NCBI GenBank assembly: GCA_964016885.1
Contig: OZ024745.1
Location: 53,072,001 to 53,136,000, forward strand
Origin: Eledone cirrhosa
Taxonomy: Eukaryota
Direction of reading: 5' to 3'
DNA: 64,000 nucleotides
Shown: positions 40,913 through 56,098 of the stretch, piece after piece
How positions within the stretch are numbered: position 1 is the first letter of the stretch
Layout of the letters: every line of letters starts with the position of its first letter
Notes under the pieces: generated by a model
Told to the model about the DNA's origin: nothing
The model's input: the letters and a program-made list of their open reading frames with translations, nothing else
Databases searched by the model: none
Position numbers and translations under genes: made by a program

Positions 40913-41400
40913 TTAATTAGGTTTATAATATTTAAATGTTTTTTTTAGTTTATGATTACACGATATAATTAATTCCTGTCGTTTATTTAATAAGATATCC
41001 TTAGACTTCATTATTTCAAATAGTTCTTGGGAACATAATCTACATTCATTTCTATTATTTTGATAAGGGGTGGCTCTTTTGAGCACACTCCAGGTCAAAT
41101 CATATTTTATATTCTTATTTTTATAACTATTGATTTTTTCTGCTAGAGATGTTGTATTAGCCAGTGCGGCATTTTTAAAACTATGCTTGTGGGTATTAAA
41201 CCTTGTCTTAAAATTGTTAGAGGTAGCTCCTATATATGAGCAAATAGAATCTTTAGTTTTAACATTACATTTATAGACTATGTTGTTAACAAGACAATTC
41301 CCTTTTAATGGGCAGTTTGCTTTGTTTCTACAGTTACATCCTTTCGTTAATTCTGTATTTGAGGAGATATTATGGTTAATTTGATGTACTGGTGGTATAC
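40913..41400 (-). mobile_element. 5'-truncated Penelope-like element, Naiad-type GIY-YIG endonuclease C-terminus
   Basis: GCNCRNKANCPLKGNCL-VNNIVYKC...YIGAT..FKTRF..H..SF...CRLCSQE...LNKRQELIISCNH, the Cys pattern typical of Naiad PLEs. Confidence 0.88.
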
Positions 41401-41489
41401 TTATGGTTTTCTTACATTTATATGCATTATATGCACTTATACATATATATATATATTTAAAAGAATAGAGGTGTGACACACGAGTGGTG

Positions 41490-41720
41490 ATATATTAGTA
41501 AAAAGGAAAAGAAAATGCTGACAATTTTTTTCAAAAATCACGAGCATTCTATCTCAAAATTATTTTTGAAAAGCTTAAGAAATGCGCAACCGGTAAAAAC
41601 TTAAAACTAAAACTGAATACTAACTAATACTTACTACTAATTTATACTTCTTCCTAATTAAACTATTTTCCACTGGGAAAAATTTGACAGCATTTTCTTT
41701 TCCTTTTTACTAATATATAT
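41490..41720 (+). mobile_element. Inverted pLTR at the 5' break of the Naiad fragment, with a decayed UUGAAAA hammerhead at 41562-41599
   Basis: 35-bp inverted repeat at 41490-41524 / 41684-41718. The motif UUU-UUGAAAA-GC-UUAAGAAAU-GC-GCAA-CCGG-UA-AAAA aligns with 29822-29859, with GAAA changed to GCAA. Confidence 0.65.
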
Positions 41721-42442
41721 ATATATGTGTGTATGTATGCATATATATATTTATGTATCAGCTATGCTATGGTGAGAAATAAAATTCTAATTTTATATAC
41801 AGTATATGTGTGTGTGCGTGTCTGTGTGTGTGTGTGTGCGCGCGCGCGTGTGTATGTGTATGTGTGTGCATGTATGTATATAGATATATGTTTATATTGT
41901 TTATATTTGTGTGTGTTGTATCTAGATATCCTTAGTTTTTCCTAATGTTGTTCCTAAGTTGTAGAATGCAATTTAAAGCTTAAAGTAAAGAGAGAGAAAA
42001 TACTGTTAACATTATTAGTATTATTAGACTGGATGTGTCAATGGATTTCATCTTCCTCTGTACCCCAATGAATATATATATGACAAAATATCGCATATCT
42101 CCAGAGAAATGTTAAATCAGGACCTACTTAAAAGCTATTTCATCATATTTGTAATAATTTTTGGCAAGATTTGAAAAATTGTTCCCATTGGAAAAAGATC
42201 CACACGTACATTTTTCTACCGATTGGAATATAAGTCTGCAGGAAATAAAAAAGCGAGCAGTTTTCTTGCGACGGAATGTAGCAAAGTAGTGCACTTCTAT
42301 AGTGTAGTGTTATGACGTCTTACTGAGCATGTATGTGGTATACACTGCTGGTGGTAGCTTTGTTACCTGAACGTTGAAAATGAGGTTCAAAATGGGGCTG
42401 CTTACTGTTTAAGGAATTCTGCTTATAAGATTGCTTCTAATT

Positions 42443-42632
42443 GTGGATTGGCAGTATCGTTAGAGGGTCTGACGCCATATGCTTTGCAGCAAAGAGTTAC
42501 GGCGCTTTATGGTCTGAGTTCAAATCCCGCCGAGGTTAACTTTGCCTTTCATCCTTACGGAGTCGATAAAATAAAGTACCAGTAATACACTGGGATAATT
42601 GCTGGCGTTATGCCAAAAGTAGAAACAATTAT
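42443..42632 (+). mobile_element. tRNA-derived SINE copy
   Basis: Same family as 18044-18243. Confidence 0.9.
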
Positions 42633-43497
42633 ATAAAATTAACGGGATTAAAGTTTTTTTTTTCTGGAAGCAGTTTCAATTAAATTATTCTCCTATCCTC
42701 TTATCGTCACATCCACTGAAATACTTCTACTCCATCACATTTTGACGATATGATAGACAACATTAGTTATTGCCTAAATAATAGGTAGGAAAGCTTAAAT
42801 ACATACATTACTAGAGTGCATATCTTATACTTAAATCAACATAACTTGCCCTCGTTGCAAAGGTCTAGGGAGATTTGAGGGTGAAAGGCAAACGATTTGC
42901 CATCCTGAATTTAAATCGTCAATATTATATTGTTTGACAGAAATATAGTCTCATTCCCCGGAGGTCCATGTGTTCACATATATACTCAAGAAAATGGCAT
43001 TTTAACTATTGTTCGCTTGTAGAATATCAACCACCTTGAAACTAATAATGATGAGAAAAATACCTGTTACCACAGTGTAAATGCAGCAGGTCAATATAAA
43101 CGAGTATGGAAATTTCAAGCTACTCTACCAACAAGTAAATAAAGGCATATGTTAACTAAGGTTTGTAGGAAATTTAAATGACAAGTAATATTCTAGGTGT
43201 CGTGTTGTTTCAATAAATGATTACGTATTTATACTTTCTTTTTACCATAATCAACTTGCACCTAAAAACAATATATTTCTTTGGGGAAATAGTTTCTCTG
43301 TCCTTTTCCATATCTTTTCGTAATAAGTTTTCTATGTTTGTTCTTACAAATATTATATAACATCGATACCATTGTTACACATATTTTTAAGCAAGAAAAT
43401 TGTTCGCTATACATATTTAAATGATGGAGTAGCGAGAAGCTGTGGTAGTTCAGACAGAAGGTATTTACTATTAGTAATATGGACTTAGAGCTTTTGT

Positions 43498-43599
<102 letters not shown>

Positions 43600-43987
43600 T
43601 TTATTTATTTATTTTATATATATATTTATTAACTTTTATTTGTATCCTCTCATATTTTTTCCTGTTGTGATAATAGGGTCAGAAACTCTTAAGTAAAAAA
43701 ACTAACATTAATATTTCCATGAAGCAAATGACATGCGATTACGTCCGAAGTGTTTAGAGCTGCTATTATGTACATATAAATGAGATATACCGAAAGCATT
43801 GTAAGAAAAATTGAAATTGCTTTTTTTATTTTTATGGTTTTGAGTGTAGCGTGACATTATTTTGAAACCATTCGGGAGTGAAGGATGTTGCAATGACATA
43901 ACTCATATTATTATAACGAACAAATACCAGCATGTACACTCATACACGTGCCCACGCACATATACTCACACACTGACACACACACAC

Positions 43988-44018
<31 letters not shown>

Positions 44019-44714
44019 TGCGTGTATGTGTGTGTGTGTGCATGTGTGTATCTGTAAATGTATATATATATAAAAGTCTATGTACATGTATGTGTATAAG
44101 CACAAATCGTAAGTAATATCTTTCTCGGGTATATTTGTTTACATACTCACACATATACATATATATTATATAATCATATTCATATGTATATATACACATA
44201 CATGTGTGTGTGTGTGTGTGTATGTATAGGGGGAGGGGTAAACCCAAGAAATAATATTTCTTAAGATTATTGCTTTAAAGTTTAGCAAAATATAGAATAA
44301 GGAGTAATTGAAAAGTAACACTTGCTGTTATGTTGTAAATAGCCAGTATGCATTGTATATTTACGACGTGTTGAGTTTGTAAACAGCGGTTTAGAAATAA
44401 TGATAAGGACATGGAAAAATATTATCAAATATTCAGTTCCAGAAATATATTTCCAGCGTGTTAACGAAAGAATTATTATAAAGTATGGCTGAATGTTAAC
44501 TGGTAACACGTCTATGAATAGATCTATGAGAAATTAAGAGGGTTAAAAAATACGCAACGTGTTCAAGCTCACTCTACTATGAATTCAAATCCCAGTGATG
44601 CCCTCATTCATTTTTCTGACATCGATAAATAAACTACTTATAATGCTCTGATTATCTATTCTATCTACCTCTCCCATACGCGCAGACACACCGCACAAAC
44701 AAACATATATGTAT

Positions 44715-44769
<55 letters not shown>

Positions 44770-44770
<1 letters not shown>

Positions 44771-44821
44771 TCTTTTACCTGTTTCAGCCATCCGGCTGAG
44801 GCCATGCTGGGGCACCGCCCC
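44770..44821 (-). mobile_element. Isolated 3'-tail fragment of a second octopus-type SINE/LINE family in (TA)n
   Basis: Minus strand GGCGGTGCCCCAGCATGGCCTCAGCCGGATGGCTGAAACAGGTAAAAGA resembles octopus SINE tails as I recall them; not verified. Confidence 0.5.
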
Positions 44822-44852
44822 ATATATATATATAAACTAATATATATATATA

Positions 44853-45257
44853 TTAGCGAAACAATTGTAACACACAATGAATTGAATACAGATGCATCAC
44901 TGACTTTTCGTTTTATATATATATATATATATAAAACGAAAAGTCAGTGATGCATCTGTACTCAATTTATTGTGTGTTACAATTGTTTCGCCGGCGGACA
45001 GCTCGAGACATCGAGACACGATCATTGTGTGGATCTGTCTGATTCTGGATCCGCAGGTTCGACGGACACGTCTAATGATTTCGGAGCAAATTCTTGCTGT
45101 CTCGAGCTGTCCGCTGACGAAACAATTGTAACACACAATAAATTGAGTTCAGATGCATCACTGATTTTTCGTTTTATATTATATCATACTCTGCTCTGTA
45201 AGAACATAGAGTGCTCAACCGGCATACCGCCTATGGAAGCATCTTAGCTACCATCAG
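44853..45257. mobile_element. Triple (+/-/+) pLTR-like fold-back element with hammerhead 3' halves
   Basis: CGAAACAATTGTAACACACAAT...GATGCATCACTGA.TTTTCGTTTTAT at ~44856 (+), ~44930-44990 (-) and ~45118 (+). A decayed core CTAATGA lies at ~45072. Confidence 0.72.
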
Positions 45258-45346
<89 letters not shown>

Positions 45347-45361
45347 CAAATATATATATAC

Positions 45362-45456
<95 letters not shown>

Positions 45457-46804
45457 CCTCGCTCATCATTTCTTTTTCTAGAAAGACCCTGATATGTAGT
45501 AAGGTAGTAAAGTTCGAGTGGGGTGTAAATGATACGCACCCAAAAAGATTACGACTGCAAATCAATCTTGCTAACGGAAACCTTGAATAGTTATATTCAA
45601 ACATAGGTTGTATCAAGTTTTTGTTTAGTTGATTTTTCAATTTTTAGTTTCACCATACTTTCTAATTATTTTGTTAACGTCATGAAAATCGAGGATAATT
45701 GCTGATATGATCGGATCGTGGTGCTGTTTCAATGTTGTAGAATTTCATTAGAATTTTTATTTCGTTTTGTTTTGTCCTTCTTATAAGCTCATTTCTTTAC
45801 TTTTGAACTGACTGAACTTTTAGTAAATTTCAGGATCTTACCCTATCGATGATTTAATTATGAATATATACCTGGAAGAATATACGACGAAGCTGTATTG
45901 TGAAAAATTGAAGAGAAATTTGATTTGGTACGATTAACTCATTCAATGACATAAATAATATGCATGATATTATATCACAAATATATCCATATTGTTGGGA
46001 ATATATTGGAATATGCTGAGTGTGCATATTTTATGTACGTAGGAGCCTTCCACTTACATGTAATTTAATTGTTCAACCATTTCCCAATAGCAGAATGTTT
46101 CATATGAGTGAATATCCTCTCATAATTGCAAAACCTGCCAGAGGTTTATATCTGCCTATGTGTGTGACTGGAATACTCTAATAGATCAGATGGTGGGTCA
46201 AGAGATTGGAACATTTTCCTTGCAGTAGAAGTGAATATATTCGCAGAAGAAGTGAATATATTTCAGAAGGAACAAAAAATAATAAAATTGACACATAGAA
46301 AATGTAAATCTAAAAAATAAAATATATTAAAAATGACAAAATGCAATTTATAAGACATGAGAAACGAAACGAAAAAAGAAAGACGCGAAGTAAAAAAAAG
46401 ACATAACAACCAAATGGGGAAAATTAAAGATATGTAGAAATAAAACGACTTAGATTAGGAGAGAAAAGTGAATAATGAGAAGAGGAAAGGAAGAATCTGT
46501 ACAACATTTTTTTTCCAACCTTCTAGAATATCTCACGTCAATTTATTCAGTCATGCATCTCTGAAGAGCATTTTTCTCATACTTTTACTATGTTATTCTT
46601 TCTTTAGTTGCAGTAGTGGGGGGTAGTGATATTAAGAGAGCTTGTATCGAATAATTTTTCTTGTTCATTTTAAAAAAAGACACACACACACAGACACATT
46701 GGAACACACATGCATACGAACACATACACACACAAACATCATACCCGATATACACATATGCATACTTAGGCTCACCACCACTCACACGTATATATATATA
46801 TATA

Positions 46805-46902
<98 letters not shown>

Positions 46903-46979
46903 CGTGTGTATAAAGATACATATATACATATATATGTATATATATATCTTTATACATACACACACACACATATATATAT

Positions 46980-47043
<64 letters not shown>

Positions 47044-47049
47044 ATAAAG

Positions 47050-47105
<56 letters not shown>

Positions 47106-49964
47106 ATATATATATTGTTTATATATTGTTTTTACAAATTTACTAGAAATTTGCATAAAAATTTCTCATCAACATTCACTAGATTGCTCAGCCCATTTTT
47201 GGATTGTTAATGTATTGTGGATGTTGGAAGCATACACATTATATTTGTTTTATTTCTATTTTTCAAGTACACCAGAAAAACAAATCTCTTAGTAGAAGTT
47301 AATAATAATAACAACAACAACAACAACAGCAATAATAATAACAATAGTAACAATAATGTTAATAATAATAATGATAATAATAATCTTAAAAATGATATAA
47401 AAATAAGATGTTCATAAAGAGGTATGAGATAGAAGAGTAGCAGTAACTGTAACAAAAATAATAATAAAACTACCAGTCCATATTTAATTGTTCACACGCT
47501 TGATGGATATCTGCCTTAACCCCAACTATGCTGCTCTGCTATGCAATATGTAAAACGTATTGTAAGTGTTTGACGGCGTAGTTTCTTTAACAAGATAACA
47601 GTTAGGAATGGAGCGTGCTATTCCTAACAATGTTTTCTGCGCGATTATTCAGCCGCGGTATGAACAAAAGTAAAGATAGAAAGAAGGACAAAGATAGAAA
47701 AGAATAGATAGACTGAATGAATAGATTGGAAGAATAGAAAGCAAGAACTATAGCATTGTAAAAGCGAACGATTTAGATATGTAGGGGGAAATTTAGATAT
47801 GTAGGGGGAAATTGCGAAATAGACGTATGAGATTTTAATTCATTTACTTATTACGGTATTTATCATATTGATTAGAAATATGCATTACAGTTAGGAATCT
47901 TTAACAATTGTTATAGAAATAAAAGTTAAATATGTAACGGCGAAATAGATTTAAGAACACAAAATCAGTAACCTCTAACAATCTGATCATAATTTCCATT
48001 GATATATAATTTCAAATGTAATATTTATGTTTAGCAAGTATCTACTTTCATTGAAACGAAAATTTAAGAGAAGAATACCTAGTGATTTTAAATGCGATAC
48101 CTAAAACATAGATAGAATTTTCAAATTTGTTCCATGGTTTATTATAATTGATTGCTCAGTAGTTTTCAAATTGTACACACGACCCCCTTGTATGTCAGAA
48201 GGCTGCTGTTAGCTCCCTACATTAAGGCTGCCTTATAACAATCATGATAACTCGTAAAAATGTTTATCACGTTCAAAACTCGTGTCTACTCAGCACTATC
48301 CGAAGCAACAGCTTACGACATTCGAGATATCTCATAGTTTTATTGCATTATGAATATTCCCGAATCAAAATAGTTAGCACCATGCTTTGTTTAAAATGTT
48401 GTTTCTGTGTAAGTAAATTTTAGGCGAATCTATAAAACGTTGCATTGCATAGATAAAAATAATAGTTCCTGCTCTTTTTGTAAATATCTGCGTTATGTGT
48501 GTAAGTAAGAAAGAAACCAGTTTGGAATATTTACCTGGTTGAGGTGTTGGAATTATTACACTAAACCAGCTAGATATAAACAAACAAATGAGCTACCTAA
48601 CTTCAACGGGGTCTCTGAATCTGCTTGAAATTGCTTTTAAATCTCCCTATAATCACACACAACTGAAAAGGAAACGCCCGTTGGGTTATTTAGTCGGCTA
48701 AAAGAAAGATGCGATGACCATAACTGGAACATCAATGAAACAATGCTGCCTTGGGATTAAATAACCCAAGACAGGAATTAAGAAAGCAAATAATCAAAGT
48801 GTTGTTACTGTAACATCTTTGTATTATAATGTTTAGTGAACGTGCGTTACATTTCTTCTAAATACAAAGCTACACTCATATTTGATGAACAATCATAAAA
48901 AATCAATAATTTTAAACAGTAGATGAAATGCATAAAATCGACTGAAAGTACAAATATATTCTTCGGCTTAACATACCCTGTAATATTTACAGCTATGAAT
49001 AAAATGAAAGTGTTTACAATGTGAGTGAATATGTGTTTGTGTGTTTTATGCATGGATATAATACAATGGACTCAGATGTAAATAATATAAATCCTCGGTT
49101 CTTGTATAACAAAAATAAAGGGCTCATACTTTTTATTTTTATTTGAAGCGGAATGTGTGCATATATTTGTTAGTATTAGTTCAATTTTAATATTCAAAAT
49201 TGGTGAGAGGGGGCGGATTGTGTGGTGTTTCTCTACGAGACTGAGGTTGAAACTCTATATGATACTGCTAATGACGTGCTTCTATCTTTGCTTTCTTTCA
49301 ATATATCTAAATGTAATTTTAAAGTACTGTAATGTTTGACAACTAGTTGAGAGTCAATCTAGTGTTGTGCTTGTGCGGTTGTTTGCTGAAAGAGTGTTCT
49401 ACCGTAAAAATACATGCCATCACTAAGGGTATAATGTTTCAATTAATCGCCCAACAAAACAAGATAAGCTCCTTTCCAAATATGAATGATGCTAGAAATA
49501 GCAGCCAACTACTATTATATCACACATTGCCGTCTCAAAATGATATAATATTCGTTAAGCAGCGAAGGTAACATGATTGCATACCTTGTATTTCCTTGAT
49601 CTTAGATATTTATCAACAAGGGAAGTAACAAGGATAGCAGTTCCAACTTCATGAGACATACATAAGGTAAGTTCGATCCTACAAGCTAGCTATAAACAGA
49701 TATATTGCTTAAATAGAACGTCATTGCAGTAGTGTTGTATATTTAAAAACTGTGTGTAAAATGACAAGGAAGATTTCTATATTTTACATCAATTTAAGCA
49801 AATAATAGTGTCACGAAACATCTTGATGAATTCTATCAGCAGGCAATTAAAGTGAGTCAGATATAAATGAAGTTGTGATGCAATCAGACACACTGACACA
49901 CACCCACCCGCATATACGCAAACACACACATACAAATGCACACACGCTCACACACACACACGCA

Positions 49965-50003
<39 letters not shown>

Positions 50004-51213
50004 ACACACATATATATAAATAAGTTCTAAAGAAACATCAATGAAACTTGCGTTTACTTTCATTGCACGTGTTTCACTCGTAATTCGGCTCAAAACTATT
50101 GACGTATATATAATGATGAATTCTCCATCGGTTTCGACAATGAGCATTTACATATTCGATCATTCGATCAACCTAAGGCCCAAAGCCTCAGTTACCGTGT
50201 AAGTCGTACAATATTACACAGACACGTTAACACTTACATATGTTGTCTATAAAATGTTGTATCATAGAAACTCACAATATGAAATATGTGTTCATAATAC
50301 CGAAAGTTCACTTAGTTGACCTTGATTCTCAAAAACTATTTCATATACACTATAGCTGATATCAATAAAAACAAAGGTTTTGCTCACTATTTCTTAAGTC
50401 TAATTAAATTCATCTTTCCATTTATTCATGTTGTTTGTTTGTTTATATGTTTGTTTAATTATTATCTTCAGTTTTCTTCTGCTAATTATTTATCTCGTAG
50501 ATAACTCCTTTGATATCTCAATTATTTTGTATTTAGAATTATTGGATTTTTTTCCTTTCCACAAATCATAAATATAATTTGTATTTAATCATACGATTTT
50601 TTCGTTTCTCTTTCATATTGCTTTTACCATTATAGTTAATTTTATTTTCGTCTATCATTTTCTTGAATTATCGTTATTGATGTTACTGCCTGTTATATAT
50701 TTCTAGTTCTTCACTATTTTTTTTTTTGGGGGGGGGGGTGTTTTTTGCTGTTATAGGTATTTTTGTTGGTGGTGATGTTGTTGTTTTTGCGACTGTCATC
50801 AAATACAATACTTAGTGTAATCGCTGCTTTTGTTTCAAACTCCGATTGTTGATATTTGAAATATATGTGTTCTTTGATTTCAAAGCTGAAAAGAAATATA
50901 TCCATCGAAGTGGCATACAGTTTTTTTATTAACAACAGTTGTTTACTGTTTTATGCATTTATCATTGAGTTTTACCATTTATTCTTCAATTTTATCTCAA
51001 ATACGATGACGGTTTTCAAAACATTATTTAGTTGTTATTCTATCCAGTGTAACTAAGATTTACAGATGTTTTTTTTTCTTAAAGTTTCACAAAATATGTT
51101 ATTTCAGGTCATATATATGTGTCTTAAATTTTGAAATAAATATTTCATATGAAGATTTACTATACAGTAATCGATTAAATGTTAGTATGTATGTGAGTTT
51201 TATGTAACTTGCC

Positions 51214-51264
<51 letters not shown>

Positions 51265-51711
51265 AAAAGCAAACATGTACACAGACGTATATACACAAAC
51301 ATAAACCCGCACACAAACACACATACATAAATGCGTGTGTATTTGTGTGTGTAAAGTACGTGGCTATGCAATACACATAAATCTGATGTCGATACGACTA
51401 AAATTCCTGTCTCACTGAGAATTTAAACAGCTAAGAAATATTATCTGAATTGTCCTTTATACACGGAAGAAAATACACACACACCCAAATAGTCACAAAC
51501 ACAACAAACATACACGTAAACACACACACACATATATTACTTAAACTACATACCAATTAAGCATATGTATTCATCAGCACTCAGAGTTTTATGATCGTAT
51601 CCAATTAATCGTAGCAGATTGCCATCATCAATGTTCAGCCTTTATGAAAAAAAAGCATGTACCTCAGGCATTCTCTGCACATAAAATTAATCTGGTATAC
51701 ATATATATATT

Positions 51712-53961
<2,250 letters not shown>

Positions 53962-54030
53962 CCGCCGCCTTCCTCTCTCTGCTTTTCAGCCCCATGGATT
54001 TTGTCTATTTTATTCCTTTGTTAAATTTCG

Positions 54031-54078
54031 AAAACCTGATGATGTCACCGGATTCATACTGAAATGATCATAGTATAA
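54031..54078 (+). ncRNA. Hammerhead motif with weak stems in (TA)n-bounded insert 53958-54125
   Basis: AAAAC-CUGAUGA-UGUCACCGGAUUCAUACU-GAAA-UGAUCA-UA-GUAU, followed by AATAAA. Palindromic stem III. Confidence 0.6.
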
Positions 54079-54136
54079 TAAACCTTTTAAGGAATTACAC
54101 CAGTCCAGCCTCCTGTTATTTCATTATATATATATA

Positions 54137-54192
54137 AGTCCAGAATTAGCCGTCGAAACGGCTTGAGCTCAGCTGTCGGGGTCTTACTGGTT

Positions 54193-54196
<4 letters not shown>
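54137..54196 (+). mobile_element. Family B pLTR half copy
   Basis: AGTCCAGAATTAGCCGTCGAAACGGCTTGAGCTCAGCTGTCGGGGTCTTACTGGTTCC, identical to the right arm at ~22286-22343. Confidence 0.85.
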
Positions 54197-54261
<65 letters not shown>

Positions 54262-55306
54262 CTGCATTTTATTTACAAAAGAATAAGGTTTCCACGCACA
54301 CACACACACAACACAATCACTCACACGTACGATGTTGAAGTCTCAAATCGTATTTCGACGTATTAGAATTCAACAGCCTTCTCAGTTCAATTTTTATGGC
54401 TATACCTTAAATGACACTTCAGTCTGCATTTAGTACAGATAACAGGATTTTGAGCGGAGCAGAATGGAATGTTTGATCAAATCTTGATATTAGTTCATAG
54501 ATCGTGAAGATGGTTTTCAAAGTACTTTATAGATTCATAGGAGACAGGTCTCAAATTTCTACGATTAGCATCTTTCGATTCAAAAGAAGTGAGACGCTTG
54601 TTCACGTTTAATATTCTACTTCAATTTGTCTTATCGGAGCAATGGTTTGCTTTAAATATGTGCACCATTATGAATTTGAATGTATAGCAGTATCCTGGGT
54701 GTGCGGTCCTCAGCCATCCGTTGGAAATGACTATATAAATTGTGGCGCCTCGTGAACAGATCGAATTCGGGACTCAGTCAGAAAGTGTGTAACCACAGAT
54801 AATATATAGACAATGTTTGTGGAAAACATTAATCTTATAAATATGGGTGAAATTATGTGTCTATCACTCCGAGCCGTTCAAAATGTCAGTACCTAACGTT
54901 TTCGGCCAATCCTAAGATTTGCTTTAGAAGTGTAGGTCATATAGTTGATTCTCTCCAGGTGATGATCCTAATTGTCAATTGTACTTGATCATTATAAAAA
55001 GTGAACCATGTTTCTGAAGCCATAAATGTACAAGTGAGTAAAATTCTTAGTTAATGTCCGGTAGATTCCGTTTAATATTTTTGTTAAATTTAACTATACG
55101 GCTCATGTGTAATTATGTTCTTACATTCTTTCCAAATCATCTCCTGTTTTAATGATTGATATATTTCTAATTATGTCATTAAGTTTTAAATTTATAAAAC
55201 GCCGGAATTTTTGAAAGCTTCATATGCAAGTCATATCGCGCGTTTCTGTAATTTTCTCACCTTCATTCATTTTAGTTATATTTATATGTATATATATATA
55301 TATATA

Positions 55307-55428
55307 TAACGAAGGAAATGTGGTAAGGAACCAGGTGGACCATAACGCACCAAAGTACTCAATACTTGAGGTAGTCCAGAATTAGCCGTCGAAACGGCTT
55401 GAGCTCAGCTGTTGGGGTCTTACTGGTT

Positions 55429-55432
<4 letters not shown>
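55307..55432. mobile_element. Family B pLTR, inverted tail joined to a forward half copy
   Basis: 55307-55374 is the reverse complement of the family B tail (~22358-22424); 55372-55432 is the forward half. Confidence 0.82.
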
Positions 55433-55481
<49 letters not shown>

Positions 55482-55485
<4 letters not shown>

Positions 55486-55899
55486 CAAGAAAGAAGAGTG
55501 ACACGATTTGCTATACAATAAGGGCTTTAATCACATAGCGATCTCTAGACCTACCAGTTCAGAGCTCTGAACTGGAAGGTCTAGAGATCGCTACCCGCCT
55601 ATTTCTGCGTCAATCGATCACTAATACATAGTTATAACCAGTCAATTCATCAGAGCTTGCGAGATGTATTGACTGGTTATAAAGCCCTTATTGTATAGCA
55701 AACCGTGTCTCTCTTCTTTCTTGATTTATCATTACTCCAAGTGTAAACTACATAGAAATCACCGCGTACTCGCAGCATCACTATGGAAACGCCTTGTTGA
55801 GTAAAACTTAGCCAAGCGTTGATACTATCCACTACTCGGAGTACCCTAACTGGACTACATCTAAGTGGACTACCTATAACAATAATTTGTTATCCCGTA
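55482..55899. mobile_element. (TA)n-bounded multi-hairpin fold-back element, family C (no hammerhead core seen)
   Basis: Outer inverted repeat at 55482-55528 / 55680-55728; inner hairpins at 55535-55593 and 55632-55681; unique tail to 55899. Confidence 0.65.
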
Positions 55900-55910
55900 T
55901 ATATATATAT

Positions 55911-56098
55911 AGTTGTTTCTACTGTAGGCACAAGGCCAGCAATTACCCAGTGCATTACTGGTACTTTATTTTATCGACCCCGTAAGGATGAAAGGCAAAG
56001 TCAACCTCGGCGGGATTTGAACTCAGATCATAAAGGGACGTAACTATGTTGGAAAGCATGGCGTCCGACCCTCTACCGATACTGCCAATCCACCGCCT
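55911..56098 (-). mobile_element. tRNA-derived SINE, full-length copy
   Basis: Reverse complement of the same family, ending CCAATCCACCGCCTT. Confidence 0.9.

Noticed and set aside
54336-54390. Minus-strand CUGAGAA..GUC-GAAA hammerhead-like string
   Set aside because: Core positions 3 and 8 do not pair, and stems I and III are not in register.
54742-54775. TGGCGCCTCGTGAACAG resembling a tRNA primer-binding site
   Set aside because: No LTR pair or gag/pol remnant nearby.
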